A stretch of DNA of 64,000 nucleotides, from the NCBI RefSeq assembly GCF_006345805.1, contig NC_043003.1, positions 96,224,001 to 96,288,000 on the forward strand, given 5' to 3'. Positions 1 through 64,000 of the stretch are shown here, one piece after another. The DNA comes from Octopus sinensis. Taxonomy: Eukaryota. Each line of letters begins with the position of its first letter. The first letter of the stretch is position 1. Under the pieces are notes generated by a model, which was given only the letters and a program-made list of their open reading frames with translations, ran no database searches and was not told the origin of the DNA. A program made the translations under genes and the position numbers.

Positions 1-806
1 CCTTGATTCCAATTTTATCCAAGTTTGTCCTTTGTATTTTTGTCCTTGATAAAATAAGTATCAGTAATATATTAAAGGAGATGGATGTGATGCAGTCATT
101 ATTCTCACCAAATTCAATGATTTGCTTTGTGTCTAACTAAAAAAATCAATAATTACACAAAAGGAATCATTAATAAGAGAAAATTCAGAGAAGTCAGGAC
201 ATGATATTGAGGGCAATGAGTATATATCAATGAGAACAATATCTCTTTGAAGTAAAGGGCATCTTTTAGTATGTCAGCGTGCTGTAACATATATGGAAAC
301 AGTATTTTTTATAGAGCTTTCATTGGTGGCTTGTTTATAGCTAGTCCTGGGGGTATGACTTCAAACTGCATCCAGTAGTGGTGCCCTGGTTTGGAAGTTT
401 CTGGGTTTTGTGGAGTGTGGAACCACCTCTTAGCCATGATTGTTCCCAGGTCTACTCTGATCCAGAGAAGTAGCCCCTGTCTGGGTCCCAGCTTTAGGTT
501 AATTAACATGTAGTAGCAAGTGGGTGGGTGAGAGGCTAGTCTCTTCAGTTTGGTACAACAACTTACCTGAGAAAAAGACGTTGATGTAAAAACCTATGAC
601 CTGAGGACCTCACTGTCACAGTCCCAGCTCTCTTGGCCATGGCAATTGAACTCTGAATGTAAGAGATAGGACAGTAGTGCACACTCTGCACTCCACCGAA
701 AATTCCCATTGCTCTGGCCTGAGAATGTGTCCACGTCCAGAGCCTCCCTCCTCTCCTTCTCAAGTCCTGTCCCATAATTACTTAAGGTTAATATTTCAAG
801 TGGGGC

Positions 807-999
807 TAAGGCAGTGAGCTGGCGAATCATTACCGCACCAGAAAAAATGCTTAGTGGCATTTCTTCTGACTTTATGGGGTCAGCTTTGCCTTTCATCTTT
901 TCTGAATCAATAGAATAAGTACCAGTTGTACACTGGGGTTGATGTAATCAATTTATCTCCTCCCCTCAAATTGCTGGCTTTGTGCCAAAATTTGAAACC
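807..999 (+). mobile_element. tRNA-headed SINE family B (dozens of copies in window)
   Basis: Head aaggcagtgagctggc, central cctttcatc...aataagtaccagt...ctggggttgatgtaatc, tail tgtgccaaaatttgaaacc; recurs throughout the window. Confidence 0.8.
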
Positions 1000-1439
1000 T
1001 ATATTTCAACTTGAGCTGAAGAAGAATTTGAGTTATTGAAATGTAATTTTGATCACGTGATAACCTATGCAGAAATATTATTGATGTGAGAAGTCTTTAC
1101 GATATACATAAGAATTTAAGTAACTTGAAGTGGAAGTTATGAAAAGTGCTGGATGTTATAATTTTCATGTTGCTTGAAATATGTAAAAAATTTGTGGTTT
1201 GCTTTTGTTAAATGCCACCAGATTAGATCCACTCTCCACCAGTTATATGATATTAGACTTAGACATAAATCTGTCACAAAATCTAGGACTTATAAAACCA
1301 GAGCCTGACCTGGTTTCTGTGGCATATACGACACTGCATGGTTAACTTCTCAACTGTTGATGAAACTCATTAATATCTGAATGAACTTGAGCATTGTGAA
1401 ATGAATTGTTTTACTCAAGAATACAATGCACTATCCTGT

Positions 1440-1690
1440 CATCATTATCATCATCATCATCATCATTTAACATCTGTTTTTGATGCTGGCATGGATTTGA
1501 CAGTTTGACAGGAGCTGGACAGCTGAAGAGCTGATCAGGCTCCATGTTTGTTTTGGCATGGTTTCTATGGCTAGATGCCCTTCTTAATACCAACCACTTT
1601 ACAGAGTGTACTGAGAGCTTTTACATAACGCCAGCATGAGTGCTTGTATGTAACACTGGCATAGGTGCTTTTTATGTGGCACTAGCATCC
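1440..1690 (-). mobile_element. RTE LINE 3'UTR fragment with (GAT)n tail (similar short copies at ~2225, 5870, 7975, 8810, 22430, 29700, 39550, 42950, 45265, 46310, 52475, 54250, 56120)
   Basis: (CAT)n followed by the gtttcta..gctggatgcccttcctaa..ccaaccac motif; the same sequence is contiguous with RT ORF remnants in longer copies. Confidence 0.75.
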
Positions 1691-2572
1691 TTGAACCCAC
1701 AAGATTAGGATTGTTCAGCTGAAGAGAGAAATCAAAACCATAATCTAACAATCATTAGTACAATACCCTAACCAGTAGGCTACATACCTTTGTGATATGA
1801 TTTGATGCAAATTCTTGATAAGTTCCTAAATAGATGAAGTAGAGGACTGCATTGAATTTCTTACATAAGCAGAACCCTAATATTAGGCAGGAAAAGAAAT
1901 GAGATTGTGAAATGTTCATGCCTTTCTTAAGTAGCATAAGTGATATCACTTCACTACAACTAAAAGTTGAGATCTGGTCTTGGAATTAGCTTGCTAGATG
2001 CCTATCTCTGCTCTACAGCATAGAATCTCAGAGAGTAAACAACCAATCTAATCAATTATATTGCAGTATCACTCACTGGTTCAGTGCATAGTAGGTGCCA
2101 CTCCATTTACCACTCCATGTTGGTATAAACTTTTCTAAGGTTAGAAACTGCCGGTCTTTGAGAATATGTCACTTGTAGAACTCTTACAATGGAGAGCCAT
2201 AACTTGCATAGAAGAGGTGCAATAGTTCATCATCATATCATCATCATCAACATCATATCATTATCATCATTTAATGTTTGTTGTCCATGGTGGCATGGAT
2301 TGGATGGTTTGACCAGAACTGGCAACCTGGAGAGCTACACCAGGTTCCAGTCCAATTTGGCTTGGTTTCTATGGCTGGATGCTCTTCCTAATGCCAACCA
2401 CTTTACTGTGTGTGCTGGGTGCTTTTACATGGCACCAGCTCAGGACTCTTGCAAGCCAATCCTCTTCACCGTGGAGAATGGCTTTAACACTTCTTTGTCG
2501 CTACTGCAAGTATGTCAATGCATTGTGTATCTACACTTTGATTATTTTACTTTTGTTTAATTAACTGTTTAG

Positions 2573-2661
2573 AATATATAAGAGATCCTCTGGAAATCTT
2601 ATCTTTGATAGATGGCCATTGTACAGAATCCACAACTAAATGTCAGTTTTATGATTTACAT
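2573..2661 (+). CDS. candidate upstream ABCA exon (ECD1, poorly conserved)
   Basis: Pyrimidine-rich ...ctgtttag acceptor, open frame (E)YIRDPLEILSLIDGHCTESTTKCQFYDLH, weak gtttga donor in phase 0 matching the next exon. No recognisable homology. Confidence 0.3.
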
Positions 2662-2865
2662 GTTTGATGAGAAGAAAATTGTTAGACAAACATACTCAGA
2701 AAGACATAGTATAATGCACTTACTAAATATTTGCTGAACTCAAAGTGACATGGCTAATAATATTAAAATATTTAATGAAACTTATATTTTATCAATGAAT
2801 ATTTGTAGGAATTTCATGAGTTCATACTTAAATATATTATATTTTCCTTTCTATCTTCATTTCAG

Positions 2866-59950
<57,085 letters not shown>

Positions 59951-61629
59951 GTATAAGTATACATACTATATTGTTTCTTTTGTTCTTCAATACAAATAAT
60001 AATAATAGTTTGGATTAAAAGCTTTCATATAAAATAACTTAAACTGAGAATTTTTTTGTTTTTTGCAACATAAGTTTGTTGAAAATAGTAATTTATTATG
60101 TGTGATTTCTCCTTTTGAAAACTGAAATCATCTATCAGAATGTATTGAGGCAAATGGGTCCGGAACTGGTTTGCTAATGTTAATCATAAGGGTCTTGACT
60201 CATATGAAATGGCTCAAAGGAAATGAGATGATTGAGGTGTTTTATTTATATCCAACATACAGATCTTTGGTTTACCATAGTACTTAGAAGTTATCCATTA
60301 TTGATTTTTTTTGGTATCATGATGTATTTTTATCTGTTCTAAGGAAACACAATTGAAGATTGAAACAAACTATTATCTTGCAAATCACTTCTAACATATA
60401 CTTCAATGGCTAAACTGGTGTTTTTATTGTAACTCTTTCACAAGCTGTTTTGACTGGTGTATTCAATCTTCATTATTTATTTTTATCTCATCCTTACATC
60501 CTTTCTGACGAATTTGTAAACTCTTTGTGTTATTCTAGCCATTTTCAATTTAGATTCATTCATTCATTTTTTTTTTATATATATACTTTCTTTTAAGTAA
60601 TTCAGTTTGATCAATGTCTTTCCTATTATTTGATACAGAAACTAAAAACACATCGTAGATTCATTTTTTTGGTTTTTGCTTTTTTGCATCTGTTCCATTT
60701 ATTTTCCATTGTTTCCAATTGATCTTTACATTAGTCTTTTTACACATAAGAATATCATATTCTAATACCTTATTTAGTTAATTTTCCAGAGACACTATTA
60801 ACGTCTTTTTTTTTTTAAAAAAAAGTCTGAATGATAAATTTATTCATTCACAAAGTATGGCTAAGAATTTCCTTATAGGCTACTAATACATTTTATATCT
60901 TTTCTCAAGATTTTTCCTTACTTGTAGAAATCTTATATGATTTCTACATCAGATTTTTTTCCCCACCAAAGCTCTATCTTTTATCAATGCTGCTTTTTAA
61001 ATTATAGTAATTAGATCTTTTACCCTAATTAACTTCAGCTGTGTTCTCTGTGTACATTTATTTTCCAATGATTAGTAGTGTTTGTGTCAGGTCATTTGTT
61101 TCACTGTTTCACTGTTATCAATTCACCATTAACTTTACAAACCCTGTCATATTCTAAGTCACTTTCAGTGACACAATGCATAACTTTTAGCCTAAATTTT
61201 ATTGGCTTCTTGTATATCAGTATTTACCAAATTACTTGTTCTGCTCACATTTTCAGCAGCTGTCACTATTATCTGACATCAGATACTTTTATTGAATATT
61301 TTCTAATGTTTTAAATTATTCAGTATTTTCCTTGTTTCGTTTTTTTTTCTTTTTATCTTTTAATCACCTTTCAGATGTCTTACCTATACTTCTTCAGTTT
61401 TTTTCTTATATTTCTGACAAAATCACAAGCAACTGTTTGTTTTAAAGAATGTTTTGACATCATTATTTATGTTGTGGGAAATACATACATACACACACAC
61501 ACACACGCATGCATGTGTGCATATACATAGCACATACGTATGCAGACATATATTGCAATTGATTATATATTTGTGTTATAGTGTATGTATTGTTGCTCAT
61601 ATATGTTTATATAAAGTATTTCTGTGTAT

Positions 61630-61676
<47 letters not shown>

Positions 61677-61802
61677 GTGGTGGAAGAGGAGACACTAGAT
61701 AGTGAGAGAGGACAATGAGAGTGAGAAGCAGTTAGTGTGAGAAAACAGTTGAAATGAGCCTAAACAGATGAAAGAGAAGAAAGTCAAGTAGGAAAGTAGG
61801 TA

Positions 61803-61840
<38 letters not shown>

Positions 61841-64000
61841 ATTAATTATAAAGTGACTAGAAAAGGGTAACTGATTTTATGTCACCATTTTGAACTGAAT
61901 AACATTACAAGATGATAGGATAAATGAAGGAATTTTAATGTCAGATTTCATTGTTTGTTTATAACTTTTTTTTGGGTGGTGGTTCCAAACTTATCATGTT
62001 TGTCTGTAGATGGGTGCACAATGACAAGGCATGTGAGAGTTGAAATTTATCTATTATAGTCGCAGGCAGGGCTGTGTGATAAGAAGCTTGCTTCCCAAAC
62101 ACATGGTTCTGGGTTCAGTCCCACTGCATGGCATCTTGGACAAGTGTCTTCTACTATTACTTCAGTCCGATCAAAGCTTTGTGAGGGGATTTGATAGAAG
62201 GAAATTGAAAGAACCCCATCGTGTGTGTGTGTGTCCAACCAGTGTTGGGATAAGAACAAAGCTTAAAAAAAAAAAGGTATTGTGATCAATGTCTTTGACT
62301 AAAAATTCCTCAAGGCAGTGCCCCAGCTTGATTGTAGTCTAATGACTGAAACAAGTAAAAACTATAAATATATTGGAGAGAAAGAAACAAAATCTTAGGG
62401 GAAGTAGGGGTTAGTCAGTGCTATTGACTGGTACTTTATTTTATCAAATCTGAAGGGATTAAATAAAATAATAATGAAATTATTGTATACAGTGCTCAGG
62501 TGCACCACGACAAAGGCAAAGTTGATTTTGGATGTATTTGAACATATTATTTAATTGATCAGTTCGAAAGGGATGAAAAGTAAAGTTGATTTCAGCAGGA
62601 TTTGAACCCAGAATAATAATATAATCCGTTCCACTACAGGCACAAGGCCAATAATTTCAGGAAGAAGGTAAGTTGAATACATCTGCTCCAGAGCTCAACT
62701 GGTACTTATTTTATTGACCTCAAAAGGATGAAAGGCAAAGTTAACTTCGGTGGAATTTGAACTCAGAGTGTAAAGACAGACAAAATGCCACTAAGCATTT
62801 TGTTCAGCATGCTAATGGTTCTACCAGCTCACCACCTTATTTGAAAGACAGCTGAAATACTGCTAAGCATTTTGTTCAGCATGCTAACAATTCTGCCAGC
62901 TCACCACCTTACCCAGAATAATAATATAATGCTATCTATTTGTTCAAGAAGGGACACAGATAATTGAATCAATCTTAAAATATGATTGGATCTGTGATAC
63001 ATGATTGGATCTGTGATACAATACAGCTGAAATTTATTTATGACATAAAATATATTGGAGGGAAAGCAATAATTACAATACTCTTGTTACAGTATAATGT
63101 ATTCTAATCTAAGTATAAGATCAGGAGATTTGGGGGAAGAATCATATATGTTACTGACACCAGTAATTGATGTTAGGGCAGAGGTATAATTGACTGAATT
63201 GACCCCCTGTACTTGAAATAATTAGCACCTAACTATCTGTCAAATACTAGGAGTTGATTTTTAATTGATTATATTATTACTGAATAACTTGCAGTTCCTA
63301 CAGTAGATTCTCTAAAGTTATGTCCACATCAAAGGATTTATATATCCAGTTTGGTGAGGAGACACACACACATACACACACATATATAAATGATGAATGT
63401 GATGACATTGATGAAGATGGTGATGATGATGATGGTGATTAAGAATTATGAATGGGATGGTAGGAGTAATGTGATAGTGATGGGAGTGATGAATATGCTT
63501 TCTTAAAGATATTTCAAGCACATTTTAATATAGCTGACCACAATGACAACAACAACAATAATGGTTTCAAATTTTTCCACTAGGGCAGCAATATTTTGGA
63601 AGGGGATAAGTCGATTACATCGACCTTAGTGTTCAACTGGTGCTCATTTCATTGACCCCAAAAGGACGAAAGGTAAAGTTGACCTCGGCGGAATTTGAAC
63701 TCAGAATGTAGCAACAGGTGAAATACTGCTAAGCATTTCATCTGGTGCACTAATGATTCTGCCAGCTTGTCACCTTAATAATAATAATAATGATAATGAT
63801 GATGATGACGATGATGATGATGATGACGATGATGATGATGATGACGATGATGAGATGATGATAAACATTGTTTTATCTTAGTATAAAAGATGGGCTACAG
63901 CAAATATTCTGTTCAATATCACAGATTTGCTTGTCAGTTGTTTGACCTTAACCAGTCGAACATGTCCCTTAGTGGCTGACGATATGTGCATCTCTGATCA

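Noticed and set aside
590-675. HDV-like ribozyme resemblance (gtccca-gc...ggc; taggac) in a GC-richer unclassified repeat (~310-780)
   Set aside because: No convincing P1, no P1.1 GG and no catalytic C in J4/2; at best a fossil I cannot support.
62010-62032. Possible 23-nt micro-exon (ctgtag...gtgaga)
   Set aside because: Splice-like dinucleotides only; no homology support.

Overview
AT-rich, microsatellite-dense eukaryotic DNA. The repeat content suggests an octopod cephalopod (inference). The whole window lies inside one large + strand gene, an ABCA1-like (ABCA1/4/7-type) full-length lipid transporter. I can splice 16 coding exons (~2.63 kb, ~878 aa) covering the end of ECD1, TM2-6, NBD1 and R1; the gene starts before and ends after the window. 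Two gene anomalies stand out: a GC-AG intron (donor 31994) and a 1-nt deficit just before the NBD1 Walker A (~40258-40264) that creates a TAG at the next exon junction, most likely an assembly indel. Introns are packed with tRNA-headed SINEs, RTE LINE fragments (PHD-like finger in the RT, ~60-bp VNTR in the 3'UTR), R4/Dong-like elements in (TAA)n, a mariner relic, a probable solo LTR with TATA+Inr, and foldback MITEs. The most striking unannotated layer is about eight Penelope-type minimal hammerhead ribozyme motifs. These include a ~310-bp inverted-repeat element with a 15-bp TSD and a hammerhead on each strand (38047-38356), and a recurring CCGANGA core variant. Nearly all of the supplied ORF track is repeat artefact.
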